A DNA stretch of 64,000 nt, taken from positions 33,840 to 97,839 of the forward strand of contig CAVPLN010000019.1 in the NCBI GenBank assembly GCA_963705995.1, written 5' to 3'. This document shows, one piece after another, positions 42,800-53,191 of this stretch. Each line of letters begins with the position of its first letter. Within the stretch, counting starts at the first letter, position 1. The notes beneath the pieces are model-generated. The model was not told the DNA's origin and did no database searches. It saw nothing but the letters and a program-made list of their open reading frames with translations. This DNA comes from an uncultured Solirubrobacterales bacterium. Its GTDB lineage: Bacteria; Actinomycetota; Thermoleophilia; Solirubrobacterales; Solirubrobacteraceae. The position numbers and the translations under genes were made by a program.

Positions 42800-42915
42800 G
42801 GCCGCTCTGGATGGAGGTCCTGGCGCAGCGCCTCCGACCAGCCGTTGATGCCCCATTTGGTCGCTGCATAGACCGCGATGCCCGATGAAGCGCCCGTGAT
42901 GACCGCGACCCGGCC
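42800..42915 (-). pseudogene. Internally deleted SDR remnant
   Basis: VAVITGASSGI is joined directly to AVYAATKWGINGWSEALRQ, so the SDR core between the motifs is missing. Confidence 0.75.
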
Positions 42916-43224
42916 TGGCCTCTGATCTGGGCTGATGATGATCGCCCTGATGCTTGATGGGACACCCCTCGGCGCATCGACGGGGTGGTTTACCCTGACG
43001 TCCATGGCCGCCCATGATGCCGGCGAGCCTCGAGCTCCCGTCGCCCTCCCGTGGCTGACAGCTCGGGCGACCGCATCGCGAGCCTGAGCGTCCGAACAAC
43101 TGCCGCGGTCACACCGGCCTTACGCCTGTCAATCAACCCGGAGGATCACCCATGCGTGCCATGTCCGCCATCGCCGTCGCCAAGGACGCGTTCGCCGGCT
43201 AATCACAATCAGAAGGAGCACCGC

Positions 43225-44247
43225 ATGGAGCATCGATATCTGGGACGGACCGGCGTCTCGGTCAGCAAGCTGTGCCTCGGAGCCATGATGTTCGGCGCCT
43301 GGGGAAACAAGGACCCGGACGACAGCATCCGCATGATTCACCGGGCACTCGACGCTGGGATCAACTTCATCGACACCGCCGACGTCTACTCAGCCGGCGA
43401 GTCGGAGACGATTGTCGGGAAGGCGCTCGCCGACGGCAGACGCGACCACGTCGTGCTCGCGACCAAGGTTCACTTTCCTGCCGGCAACGACCCCAACGAG
43501 CGTGGCAACTCACGCCGATGGATCATCCGCGAGGTCGAGAACTCGCTGCGGCGGCTGCAGACCGATTGGATCGACCTCTACCAGATCCACCGCCCCGATT
43601 CGAACACCGACATCGACGAGACCCTCGGTGCTCTGAGCGACCTCGTCCACCAGGGCAAGATCCGCTACCTGGGCCACTCGACCTTCCCCGCGTCGGAGAT
43701 CGTCGAGGCTCAGTGGACAGCCGACCGGCGAGGCCGGGAGCGCTTTCGGTGCGAGCAGCCGCCCTACTCGATTCTCACTCGCGCGGTCGAGCACGATGTG
43801 CTGCCCACGTGTCAGCGCTATGGCATGGGCGTCATCCCCTACAGTCCCCTCGCGGGTGGCTGGCTGTCGGGCCGGTGGCGCAAGGACGCCGGACAGCAGA
43901 GCTCGACGCGCGCCGAGCGGCTGCCTGATCGATTCGACCTCTCGCTGCCCGCCAACCAGCGCAAGCTCGACGCCACCGAGCAGCTCGCGCAGCTCGCAGA
44001 ACAGGCCGGGGTCACGCTCGTCCAGATGGCGATCGCGTTCGTCATCCGCCATCCCGCAATCACCGCCGCGATCATCGGCCCGCGCACGATCGAGCACCTC
44101 GATTCCCAACTCGCAGCCGCCGACGTAACGCTGCCGGACGACCTGCTTGACCGCATCGACGAGATCAACCCGCCCGGAGTCACGATCAACCAAGCGGACA
44201 ACGGCTGGACCCAACCTGCGCTACGGCCCGGCCTGCGGCGCCGATAG
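43225..44247 (+). CDS. Aldo/keto reductase
   Basis: LGRTGVSVSKLCLGAMMFG, FIDTADVYS.GESE, LATK, DLYQIH, YSPLAGG; AAGGAG RBS. Confidence 0.95.
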   Translation: MEHRYLGRTGVSVSKLCLGAMMFGAWGNKDPDDSIRMIHRALDAGINFIDTADVYSAGESETIVGKALADGRRDHVVLATKVHFPAGNDPNERGNSRRWIIREVENSLRRLQTDWIDLYQIHRPDSNTDIDETLGALSDLVHQGKIRYLGHSTFPASEIVEAQWTADRRGRERFRCEQPPYSILTRAVEHDVLPTCQRYGMGVIPYSPLAGGWLSGRWRKDAGQQSSTRAERLPDRFDLSLPANQRKLDATEQLAQLAEQAGVTLVQMAIAFVIRHPAITAAIIGPRTIEHLDSQLAAADVTLPDDLLDRIDEINPPGVTINQADNGWTQPALRPGLRRR

Positions 44248-44359
44248 GAGTTCGCCTTCTGGGCTCGGTCCGTGGGTGTCATTCACAGAACGTTGACGGC
44301 CGCGGCTCGAATCTGAACGAAAGCGCGGCGGGCCGTGCGCGGTGTGCTCGCGTTGCCCT

Positions 44360-45274
44360 TCAGCCTTCGTGGGTCTCGTTGGCCGCCGGTTGGTGAAGCG
44401 CGACACCTGCGATCACGAGCGCGAGTCCTGCGATCTCGGCGGGTGCCGGAATCTGGGCGAGGACGATGATCCCGATGACCGTGGCGATCGCGGGCAGGAG
44501 CGCAACCATCGTGGCGTAGGTGGCGCGCGGTAGTCGGGCCATCGCGAGCTGGTCGCCGACGTACGGGATGACTGAGGACGAGACGCCGACGCCGATGCCG
44601 GCGAGCAACGCGATTGGCGCAGTGAACGCGGGCAGCGCCTCCCAGCCACCGATTGGGCTCACGACCACGGCGGCGATCACCATCGCTGCCGCCAGACCGT
44701 CGATGGCGCTGATCTGAGGGCGCTTGGCCACCCTGTCGGCGAGCACGATGTAGAGCGAGAACAGCAGCGCGTTGGCAAATGCGAACGCGAACCCGATCGT
44801 CGCGCCGCCGAGCGTCACGTGGGTGAGCAGATACACCCCGGGGATGGCGAATCCCAGGGCGACGACGTTGCGTGTCGTGCGCGCGCCGAGTGCCGCCAGG
44901 GCGATCACCGGGAGGAACTCGATCGCCGAGACGGTGGCGAGCGGCAGGCGGCTGATCGCGGTGTAGAAGCAGGCGTTCATGATCGCCAGCGTCGCGCCCC
45001 AAGTCAGCAGCAGCCGCCGACCGTCGCGATCGAGTCCATGCAGCCGACGCCACGGCCGCCTCCAGACGGCGAAGATCACTGCAGCCGAGGCGATCCTCAA
45101 CCACGCGACTCCGAGCACCTGCACCCTGGCGAACAGCAGCACCGCGAACGAGGGGCCAAGGTAATGAAAGGTCGCACTGACCAGGAAGTACAGGTGCGGT
45201 GGCGCAGTCTCGACGCGCCGGCCGGCGCGGCTGATGGCTGAAGTCCCGCCTGCAGCGGTTGTGCTCGGGCTCAT
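44360..45274 (-). CDS. EamA family exporter
   Basis: FHYLGPSFAVLLF, MNACFY.AI.RLPL.TV.AIEF, SSVIPY..DQLAM.RL. Confidence 0.88.
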   Translation of the reverse strand: MSPSTTAAGGTSAISRAGRRVETAPPHLYFLVSATFHYLGPSFAVLLFARVQVLGVAWLRIASAAVIFAVWRRPWRRLHGLDRDGRRLLLTWGATLAIMNACFYTAISRLPLATVSAIEFLPVIALAALGARTTRNVVALGFAIPGVYLLTHVTLGGATIGFAFAFANALLFSLYIVLADRVAKRPQISAIDGLAAAMVIAAVVVSPIGGWEALPAFTAPIALLAGIGVGVSSSVIPYVGDQLAMARLPRATYATMVALLPAIATVIGIIVLAQIPAPAEIAGLALVIAGVALHQPAANETHEG

Positions 45275-45340
45275 GACGAACCACAGTTTCACCGCGAGAT
45301 CGCCTGGTGTACATGGCTAACAGCAGGTATTATCGGGCCG

Positions 45341-45838
45341 ATGCCTGGCAATCGTAGGCAAAACGGCCGCAACGCCGATGGCGCCTTGCTCGACCAGATC
45401 AACATTCAGATCTTGGAGGAGCTGCAGACCGACGCCCGGGTCAGCCTCGCGGAGCTGGGGCGGCGCGTCGGACTGTCCTCGCCGGCCGTGGCCGAGCGAG
45501 TCGCCCGCCTCGAGCAGGAGCAGGTGATCCTCGGCTATCACGCCCAGCTCAACCCCCGCGCGCTCGGGCTGGCCCTCAGTGCCGTCATCCGCGCCAGACC
45601 CAGTCCTCGGCAGCTGCACCAGGTCGGCGAACTCGCCAACAGGACACCGGAGGTCGTCGATTGTCGGCGGATCACCGGTGAGGATTGCTACATCATGACT
45701 GTCCACGTCCGGTCGGTGGAGCACCTCGAGGAGGTCATCGACCGGTTCGCCGCCCACGGCCAGACCACCACCTCGATCATTCAATCTGCCCCCGTCCGCG
45801 GGCGTGGCATCAGCCTGAAGCCGCAGCCGGACGCGTAA
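45341..45838 (+). CDS. Lrp/AsnC family regulator
   Basis: LQTDARVSLAELGRRVGLSSPAVAERV.RLE, RITGEDCY; divergent from the EamA gene. Confidence 0.95.
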   Translation: MPGNRRQNGRNADGALLDQINIQILEELQTDARVSLAELGRRVGLSSPAVAERVARLEQEQVILGYHAQLNPRALGLALSAVIRARPSPRQLHQVGELANRTPEVVDCRRITGEDCYIMTVHVRSVEHLEEVIDRFAAHGQTTTSIIQSAPVRGRGISLKPQPDA

Positions 45839-45877
45839 CCCCACGCGAGCGAAGGCGACCGGCGCGGCTGCTGGCTG

Positions 45878-46702
45878 CTAGCCGTCGCCCTGTGCGAGCT
45901 CCGCAACCGGCTGCCACTCGCGCCAGGTCGAGAGCCGGCCCTCGTAGTCGTTCTCGGCGATCGCGAGCGGCTGGCTCCCGAAGAAGACGCGCAACGGCGG
46001 CTCCTCGGCGTCGACGATCCGCATCACGGCCGCGGCTGACGCGTCCGGGTCGCCAGGCCGGTTGCCGGCGCGACGCTGCCGCGACGCGCCGTGTACGTGC
46101 TCGTAGGCGTCCAGCGCAGTCGCATGCTTGGCGGATGCACCGCCCCAGTCGGTCGAGAAGCCGCCTGGCTCGATCAGCGTGACCTTGATCCCGAACTCGC
46201 GGACCTCCTGCGCGAGCGACTGGCTGATGCCCTCGAGCGCCCACTTCGAGGCGTGGTACATGCCGATTCCCGGGAACGCCGAGATGCCTCCGATCGACGA
46301 GACCTGCAGGAAGTGCCCGCTGCCCTGCGCGCGGAGGTATGGCAGAGCCGCCTGCGTGACCCACAACGCTCCGAACAGGTTGGTCTCGATCTGGTCTCGC
46401 GCCTCGGCCTCGCTGAGTTCCTCCACCATCCCGAACTGTCCGTAGCCGGCGTTGTTGACCACGATGTCGAGCCGTCCGAAGTGCTCATGCGCTGCACGCA
46501 CCGAGTCGAATGCCGCTTGGCGATCGGTCACGTCAAGGCGCAGGGGCAGCAGCGCGTCGCCGTACTCTCCTGCGAGATCGTCCAACGTCCGCGGATCACG
46601 CGCGGTCCCGGCGACGCGGTCACCGCGCCGGAGTGCAGCGATCGCCCAGGCACGGCCAAAGCCGCGCGACGTCCCAGTGATGAACCACGTTTTAGTTGCC
46701 AT
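45878..46702 (-). CDS. Short-chain dehydrogenase/reductase
   Basis: TGTSRGFG, VNNAGYG, YHASKWALEG, IEPGGF.TDW. Confidence 0.95.
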   Translation of the reverse strand: MATKTWFITGTSRGFGRAWAIAALRRGDRVAGTARDPRTLDDLAGEYGDALLPLRLDVTDRQAAFDSVRAAHEHFGRLDIVVNNAGYGQFGMVEELSEAEARDQIETNLFGALWVTQAALPYLRAQGSGHFLQVSSIGGISAFPGIGMYHASKWALEGISQSLAQEVREFGIKVTLIEPGGFSTDWGGASAKHATALDAYEHVHGASRQRRAGNRPGDPDASAAAVMRIVDAEEPPLRVFFGSQPLAIAENDYEGRLSTWREWQPVAELAQGDG

Positions 46703-46771
46703 CTCAATCAGATTAGCCCTTGGGCAGGCCGACGGCTCTGGGCGGCGGTCGCAGATACGGGCTGCCGCGGC

Positions 46772-48283
46772 TCAGTCCGCGTGTGCCGGGTGGGGCGCGG
46801 TGAGGTCGTGGCCGAACACCTTTCGGTAGGAGTCCTCGCCATAGCTCGTTGGTAGCGGTGGGGCGAGGGTGAGCGTGAACGGCCGGTCGCCGTCGTCGCC
46901 GCGTTCGGCGCGGAGGAACAGGGTTGGGCCTGGCGGCCGGCGGTGAAGGCTGTCGGCCAGATCGAAGAGGTGCGTCACGAACGCGATGCGGATTCCCGAG
47001 TCGAGCAGGGCGTGGATCACCTGGCGGGCGATCTCGGAGCCTTCGCGTTCGTTGGTGGCGGCGAAGGACTCGTTGCAGAGGAGGAGCGCACCGGGTCTGA
47101 TCGTGTCGGCGATCGTGCTCATGCGCGCCAGCTCTTCGTCGAGCTTGCCGCTCCGGAGAGCCACGTCCTCCTCGCGCTTGTAGTGGGTGAAGAGCCCGGA
47201 GGCGACGCTGGCGGTGAACGATTCGGCGAGCACGAACATCCCGGCTTGCATCATCAGCTGGGCGAGGCCGACGCTGCGCAGAAACGTTGACTTGCCGCCC
47301 TGGTTGGCGCCGGTGATCATCACCAGTTCGATCCCGTCGGCGGCGAGGTCGTTGGCGACAACGGGCGTCGCGACCGTCAACGTCAGCGAGACGTCGCGGA
47401 GCCCGGCGGCCGACAGCGTTCGCTCCGTGGGCGGGCGCGGGACTGGGACGCTCGGGCGCTCGCTCTTTGCGGCCAGCGCCTCGCTGAGGTTGAGACAGCC
47501 GACGTAGAAGGCGAGCTCGGTCCGGAGCGCGATGAAGAAGGCGAGCACGTGTTCGACCGATTGGGCGATCGCGTTCGCGACGAGGTTGGTCGCGCGGTCC
47601 TCGAGTTCCGAATAGGCCTGCATTCCGGCCTGGTCACGGCTGGAGATCGCGAAGCTGTAGCCCGAGCGGTCGAGCAGCCGCTCGAGCCGGCCCTGCCGCC
47701 GTGGGCGCCTGAGCTTGTAATCGGCGCCGCGATTGCCGGCCGTAAGTCCGGCGCTGACGAGCATCCCGTCCTTGAAGCGCAGCTCCTTGAGGTGCGCCTC
47801 GACGCGATCGAGGTAGTCCCCGCTGAGTTCGTCGCTGAGCATCGCGCACAGACGCTCCAGGCCCGCGGAGCCGAAGTGTGCGGCGTGTTCGTCGGCGAAC
47901 TCGCGGAGTTGCTCGAGGAACGCCGCGAGCAGTTCGAGCTTGCGCACCGACTGGCTGAGGACGGAGCTCGGGGAGTGGCTGAGCGATCCCCAAACGCTTC
48001 TCGGGGCGGCGAGCGCCTCGCCGGCGAGCGCGTACAGGAGGCGGATCGCGTCCGGGTGGGCGAGGCAGTCGGCGAGGATCGCCTGGCGGTAGCGGATCTC
48101 GTCAGGGTCGGTCAACGGCCTCAGCAGGGCGCGTTTGGCGACCTGCAGGACGAGGTTGTCCTCCTGCGCCATCGCCTCCCAGACGGTCTCCAGCTCAAGG
48201 TCGCTGGTGAGCTCCTCGGCGTTCGCCGGCAGCGGCAGCTCATACCCGAAGTCGCGGTCGGGGTGCATCAGCAGCACCCTCAC
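46772..48283 (-). CDS. MutS-related ATPase (domain V-containing, no mismatch-binding domain), subunit B
   Basis: ITGANQGGKSTFLRSVG.AQLM.QAG.FV, FTHY.REED, SGKLDEEL.RM, LCNESFAATN.REG, FVTHL. Confidence 0.88.
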   Translation of the reverse strand: MRVLLMHPDRDFGYELPLPANAEELTSDLELETVWEAMAQEDNLVLQVAKRALLRPLTDPDEIRYRQAILADCLAHPDAIRLLYALAGEALAAPRSVWGSLSHSPSSVLSQSVRKLELLAAFLEQLREFADEHAAHFGSAGLERLCAMLSDELSGDYLDRVEAHLKELRFKDGMLVSAGLTAGNRGADYKLRRPRRQGRLERLLDRSGYSFAISSRDQAGMQAYSELEDRATNLVANAIAQSVEHVLAFFIALRTELAFYVGCLNLSEALAAKSERPSVPVPRPPTERTLSAAGLRDVSLTLTVATPVVANDLAADGIELVMITGANQGGKSTFLRSVGLAQLMMQAGMFVLAESFTASVASGLFTHYKREEDVALRSGKLDEELARMSTIADTIRPGALLLCNESFAATNEREGSEIARQVIHALLDSGIRIAFVTHLFDLADSLHRRPPGPTLFLRAERGDDGDRPFTLTLAPPLPTSYGEDSYRKVFGHDLTAPHPAHAD

Positions 48284-49824
48284 GACGTGATCCGCCTCCG
48301 CAGGGCGTCGAAGCCGAGCCCATATTTGTCGGCGATCGCCGCTGCGTAAGCGAGACCGTCGGCGGCCCTGCGCACGACCTTGTAGGTCCGCACCGCAGGG
48401 TCGTCTGGATCCACGGTGCTGACCATGCTGACAACACTGTCTCCGGCTGTCGCCAGCTCGTCGATGAACGTGACGAACACGCAGAACGCGCCCAGTTCGA
48501 TGATTTGCTCCATCACGCGCGCGCCCACCAGCCGCGCGTCACGTAGGGTCGTCGAGCCGAAGGTCTCGTTCAGGATCAGGATGCTGTCCGCGGTCGCCTG
48601 GGCGAGGATCAGGCGGATGCGAGCGAGCTCGTCCTCGAACTTGCCACGCAGCGTGGCGATGTCCTCTTCACGCTCGAAGTGCGTGAAGATCCGGTCGGCC
48701 AGTTGCAGCTCCACCGCCGAGCCTGGGACCGGCAGGCCGAGACTCGCCAGATAGTGGAGCTGGCCGAACGTGCGCGCGAATGTCGTCTTGCCGCCGTTGT
48801 TCGGCCCGCTGACGACGATCACGCGTTCGTCGTCACCGAGCTCCAGATCGTTGCCGACGACGTCTGCGCCCTCGAGGACGAGCCGACGTGCCAGTGCCAG
48901 ATCGAACGTCGCCCTGGCCCGTACGGCGCCGGCTCGCCGCGAGACGCTCGGTTCCGTGAACGCAAGGCCCGCGTTCCGGAGTGGCGTGATCAGCTCGAGA
49001 TAGGCCAGGTAGAACTGGACCTCGCGGTCGAACCTTGCCACACCCGTGTCGAGGTAGCCTCTCTGCACCGTGCAGAATCGCTCGAGCGCGGCGAACGTCT
49101 CCCGGTGCAGCTCGGCGACGTAGTCGAGGATCTGGCTCTCGACGTGGTTGAGCTCGGGACGCTCGTTGAACCTCACCCGGTGATCCTTGACGGCGCCCTG
49201 CGCGAACTTCGCGAAGGTGTCCTGCACCTCTGCGCTGACGTCGGGGCGCTCCTCCGGCGCGAGCACGCGCACCTGCAGGCCCTTGAGGTGGATCATGTAG
49301 TGCGTTGCGGCGAGGCGGCGCTCGAGCTCCTCAACCTCCGCTCGCAGTGAGCGGAAGGACGCAGAGCCGCAGAGCCGCGCGACGTGGTCACGCACGCGGC
49401 ACAAGCCCTCGGAGCCGAGCGCCAGGCCCGCGAGTTGCTCGTCCAGCGATCCGACCGCAGCGCAGTAGACAGCAACCGCCTCCAGGAGCCAGCGCTGCTT
49501 CTGTCGGGCGTAGTGGAGCTTGCGCACGAACGCGAGGCAGCGCCGCATCGATCGCATCCGCTCGGCGAAGGAGCGAACAGCGGCCTGCACCTCCTCGCGC
49601 TCGAGATCGCGCACCACTAGCTGCCGATAGGAGACCGAGTCCGGGTCGCGCAGCGGTTGATGCAGCAGTGGTGCAAGCTCGTACTCGTCGCGCCCCTCGA
49701 CGAGCCATCCGACGATCTCGTCCAGGTGCAGGTCGCCGAAGCAGTCGGGTTCGTGCACAGGCAGCGCGGCCTCCGGTTCGCGGTCGAACAGGATGCTGAC
49801 TGTCAGCGACGGATCAGATGACAC
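48280..49824 (-). CDS. MutS-related ATPase (domain V-containing, no mismatch-binding domain), subunit A
   Basis: VSGPNNGGKTTFAR..GQ..YLA.LG.PVP, IFTHFEREED, GKFEDEL.RI, ILNETFGSTT, GLAYA.AIA.KYGL. Confidence 0.88.
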   Translation of the reverse strand: MSSDPSLTVSILFDREPEAALPVHEPDCFGDLHLDEIVGWLVEGRDEYELAPLLHQPLRDPDSVSYRQLVVRDLEREEVQAAVRSFAERMRSMRRCLAFVRKLHYARQKQRWLLEAVAVYCAAVGSLDEQLAGLALGSEGLCRVRDHVARLCGSASFRSLRAEVEELERRLAATHYMIHLKGLQVRVLAPEERPDVSAEVQDTFAKFAQGAVKDHRVRFNERPELNHVESQILDYVAELHRETFAALERFCTVQRGYLDTGVARFDREVQFYLAYLELITPLRNAGLAFTEPSVSRRAGAVRARATFDLALARRLVLEGADVVGNDLELGDDERVIVVSGPNNGGKTTFARTFGQLHYLASLGLPVPGSAVELQLADRIFTHFEREEDIATLRGKFEDELARIRLILAQATADSILILNETFGSTTLRDARLVGARVMEQIIELGAFCVFVTFIDELATAGDSVVSMVSTVDPDDPAVRTYKVVRRAADGLAYAAAIADKYGLGFDALRRRITS

Positions 49825-49954
49825 GCTTCCACCGGTGGGTTCGTTCGGTAGAAGCCATCAGCCCGACGGGCGTTTCGCTAGGCGGGCCTCATCGCCGGCT
49901 ACCATCCTACCGCGGCCCCGCCAACGTCAGGTTCGGCCGTGGGACCGTGCCGCC

Positions 49955-50419
49955 TCAGGCCCGGAGCGTCGCGACGAGCGCCCGCTCGTCGAGCAGCAGG
50001 TCGAGCGCGTCGAGGATCGAGCCGCACGCGATGTCCGCCGCTGCCAGCGCCGCCGTGCTGGCGCCCTCCGGTCCGATCACGGCGATCCCGAGCGCCGCAC
50101 CGCGCAGCATCTCGACGTCGTTGCGGCCGTTGCCGACCGCTGCGCAGTTGCCTGCGCCGAGGTGCTCGAGGAACCGCCGCTTGTCGGCTCCCGTGAGGAC
50201 GTGTTGCCCGGCGACCCCCAGCCGGCCTGTCACCTGATCGAGCGTCCCGAACGTGTCCGCGGACAGTATGTGGGGCACGAGTCGCTCCTTGAGCGCCAGC
50301 AGCCGGGACTCGACGCCGTCGAGCAGTGCGCCGCGGTCGCTGAGCGTGCCGTTCTGGTCGAGCAGCAGATGCTCGAGCGTGAGCGGCGCGCCTCCTGGGA
50401 GATCGAGCCGGATCGCCAT
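49955..50419 (-). CDS. Soluble P-type-ATPase-like HAD protein (COG4087-like)
   Basis: LLDQNGTL, LSADTFGT, AVGNGRND..ML..A.LGIAV.G.EG. Confidence 0.85.
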   Translation of the reverse strand: MAIRLDLPGGAPLTLEHLLLDQNGTLSDRGALLDGVESRLLALKERLVPHILSADTFGTLDQVTGRLGVAGQHVLTGADKRRFLEHLGAGNCAAVGNGRNDVEMLRGAALGIAVIGPEGASTAALAAADIACGSILDALDLLLDERALVATLRA

Positions 50420-50514
50420 CGCCCCGGCAGGCTACCGCGCTGCGCCGGTGCGGCTCGGTGCGGCTCGGCGCGGCGATCGGCGACCTCCGGCGCCGCTCGC
50501 GTCGTCGCCGCTGT

Positions 50515-51126
50515 CTATTGACCGAGGGGAGCAAGCGTCCGGCGGACGATTGCTTCCCATCCGGCAGCGAGTCGGTCTGTTGTCATGCCCGGCTGGCGGA
50601 GTTGGTGGAGCACGACTTCGGCACCAAGGGGCGCGAGGAGCGCCTCCGCGGTGTAGTCGGCGTCGAGATCGGGAGCGGCATCGCGGATCAGGATCGTGAC
50701 GTGCGTGCGGTAGGCGCCGTAGGGGCCGATTTCAAAGCGCCGTCCCGCACCTCCGTCGGTCTGGGCGGCGAGCAACAGGTCGCTGTGAGCTTCAACGCGC
50801 TGGAGCAGGCTGAGCCCGAACGCCACGAGCCGCTCGCAGCTTGGCGCTGCCGGCCCGAGCGGAGCGGGGCCGCGAATGAAGTCGTCCTGAAAAGCACGCT
50901 CGGAGGACTCCAGCAGCGCCAGCGCGAGCGATGCACGGTCACCGAAGCGGCGAAACAACGTGCCTTTGCCGACGCCCGCCGCTGACGCGATCGCATCCAT
51001 CGAGGTGCAGGTCACTCCGTCGCGCGCGAACAGCCGCTGCGCCGCCGCGAGGATCCGCTGCCGGTTGCGGGCCGCGTCGGCCCGCTCGGTGGGGACGCCC
51101 AGGATGGGGAGATCAATCGGCTTCAT
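50515..51126 (-). CDS. TetR family regulator
   Basis: ERADAARNRQRILAAA, MDAIA.AAGVGKGTLFRRFGDR. Confidence 0.95.
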   Translation of the reverse strand: MKPIDLPILGVPTERADAARNRQRILAAAQRLFARDGVTCTSMDAIASAAGVGKGTLFRRFGDRASLALALLESSERAFQDDFIRGPAPLGPAAPSCERLVAFGLSLLQRVEAHSDLLLAAQTDGGAGRRFEIGPYGAYRTHVTILIRDAAPDLDADYTAEALLAPLGAEVVLHQLRQPGMTTDRLAAGWEAIVRRTLAPLGQ

Positions 51127-51147
51127 CGGGGGTACGGCACTGTTTCC

Positions 51148-51167
51148 AAGCGGACCGCAGTCCGGTT
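51148..51167. promoter_or_regulatory. Probable TetR operator
   Basis: AAGCGGAC-CGCA-GTCCGGTT near-perfect palindrome between divergent tetR and yceI, just before TAGCCT. Confidence 0.65.
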
Positions 51168-51226
51168 GATGCTAGCCTGTCTGGCGACCAGCGGACTATC
51201 ACGGACCGCATCGACAAAGGAGCGAG

Positions 51227-51781
51227 ATGGCTACCGATACAGAAGCGCCGGGCGCGAGCGCAGTACCAGCGGGCACTTGGACCGTCGACCCCGTTCACTC
51301 CGTGGCCAGCTTTTCCGTGCGCCACATGATGGTCGGCACGTTTCGTGGTGAATTCAGCGAGATCGAAGCGTCACTGACCGACGGCAAGCTCGTCGGCAAG
51401 GTGAAGGTCGCCTCGCTGCAGATCAAGAATGAGCAGCTCAAGGGCCATCTGCTCTCGCCGGACTTCTTCGACGCCGAGCGCTATCCCGAGATCGTCTACG
51501 AGTCCTCGTCGCTGACCGTCAACGACGGGGCCCTGAGCAGCGAAGGCACGATCACCCTGAAGGGCACGAGCACGCCCGTGACCGCGACCGGCCGGCTCGC
51601 CGGCCCCGTCGTCACGCTCGGCGACGTCGAGAAGATCGGCGTGGACCTCACGACCGCCGTGGACCGCGACGCGGTCGGTCTGGAGTGGAACGCCCCGCTT
51701 CCCAAGGGAGGGGTCGTGCTCGGCAAGGACGTCACGATCTCGGTCACCCTCGAACTGGCGCTCGCCGACGACGAGGACTAG
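51227..51781 (+). CDS. YceI family protein
   Basis: GTW.VDPVHS...FSVRHMMV..FRG.F, HL.SPDFFDAE.YP.I, G..WNAPL. Confidence 0.93.
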   Translation: MATDTEAPGASAVPAGTWTVDPVHSVASFSVRHMMVGTFRGEFSEIEASLTDGKLVGKVKVASLQIKNEQLKGHLLSPDFFDAERYPEIVYESSSLTVNDGALSSEGTITLKGTSTPVTATGRLAGPVVTLGDVEKIGVDLTTAVDRDAVGLEWNAPLPKGGVVLGKDVTISVTLELALADDED

Positions 51782-51791
51782 TAGCTCGTTG

Positions 51792-52406
51792 GTGCGCGTG
51801 CTCGGCATCGTCGGGTCCCTTCGTTCGGGCTCGCATAACCGACGCCTGCTGCGGGCGGCAGCCGACGAGCTGCCGCCCGACACCGAGCTCGTTCCGTTCG
51901 AGGCACTGAAAGCCGTCGAACCATTCGACGAAACTGACGAGCACGAGAGCGGCGGCGGGATGCCGGGCGCCGACGCGCTGATCTCGGCGATCCGCGGGGC
52001 CGACGCCATCCTGTTCGTTACGCCCGAATACAACGGCTCGATCCCGGGCGTGCTCAAGAATGCCGTCGACTGGGCCTCACGTCCGACGCCCGCAACCTCC
52101 GCATTGGCCAACAAGCCTGTCGCTGTGATCGGAGCCAGCACGGGCATGTTCGGCGCGGTCTGGGCCCAAGCCGAGCTTCGCAAGGCCCTCGGTCTTGCCG
52201 GCGCGCGCGTCATCGATCAGGAGCTCGCGCTCCCGACAGCTCACGAGGCATTCAAGGACGACGGCCGACTCGCCCGCGGCGCCACTCGACGACGGCTGCG
52301 AGAAATCCTCACGCTGCTCGTCACCGAAGCCGACCCCGACCGGACGTGCGCACCAACCCCCGGACGAGCTGACCCCACCAAGCGCCTGACTCCGGCGATG
52401 CGGTGA
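51792..52406 (+). CDS. NADPH-dependent FMN reductase
   Basis: GSLRSGSHN, TPEYNGSIPGVLKNAVDWASR, KPVA.IGAS.G.FG. Confidence 0.93.
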   Translation: MRVLGIVGSLRSGSHNRRLLRAAADELPPDTELVPFEALKAVEPFDETDEHESGGGMPGADALISAIRGADAILFVTPEYNGSIPGVLKNAVDWASRPTPATSALANKPVAVIGASTGMFGAVWAQAELRKALGLAGARVIDQELALPTAHEAFKDDGRLARGATRRRLREILTLLVTEADPDRTCAPTPGRADPTKRLTPAMR

Positions 52407-52453
52407 GCGCCGCGGTCGGATTCAGGCGTCCCGCGGCGCTGATGCGGCTGACG

Positions 52454-52931
52454 TCAGTAGCTGCTGTAGCCGCCTGAGCTCGACGGTTTCGTCTTCGTGA
52501 TCTTGCTGCCGGCAGGGCTCACGGCGAAGAAGCCGTTCTCGACCCTCACCGCTCGCCTGCCCGCTGTTGGTATCTGAGGCGAAGGTGTAGAGCGGATGGC
52601 CGTTGTAGGTGACCTGTTTGACTCCGCCGGCGATCTTGATCGTGCCGAGGTCGGCGGCCTTCGCGCCACCCTCGGCCTTCGGTGTCCCGCTCGCTTTCAA
52701 CGGCGGCCAAATCGACAGGCAGCCGCCGGTGCAGGCGGGATGTCCGGGCTTGTCGGACACGTCGAGATACAGCGCACGGCCCGACCCCGTGACGAGGATC
52801 GTCCCGAGCGAGGTCTTCTTCGTCGTGACGACGGTCGCGGCGCTCGAACGCGCCGAGTCGCCGAACGCTGCGCTCGCCAGCGCGAGGGCCCCAAACGCTG
52901 CCAGGACGAGCACGAGTCTTTGTGTCTTCAT
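52454..52931 (-). CDS. Secreted Y-x4-D repeat protein (Lipoprotein_15/COG4315; frameshift near 52545)
   Basis: Signal peptide, LGTILV..SGR.LY, C.GGC..IWPP, QVTYNGHPLY.F..D; the C-terminus GFFAVSPAG is in another frame. Confidence 0.85.
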
Positions 52932-53191
52932 TGCCTTCTCCCGAGTTCCGCTTTGACGACCTGACCGGAAGACGCCGCCCGTCCTCCGTTCCTTCCCGAT
53001 TGCATACGGCTGGTGAGCTGACTGGGCGTCGACGAATCATTGCAGCGCTCGCGCCTGCCCTGGGCGTCGTTGTGGAAAACGCGGTCCGCGCCGCCCGAAC
53101 TCGCAAACGTATCCTGGCGTCCAGCTCGCCGCGCTGCTGCTCGCCGGTCGCGTTGATGGCAGCGGTCGCGGTGCTCGCGCCCGGAGCGCGG

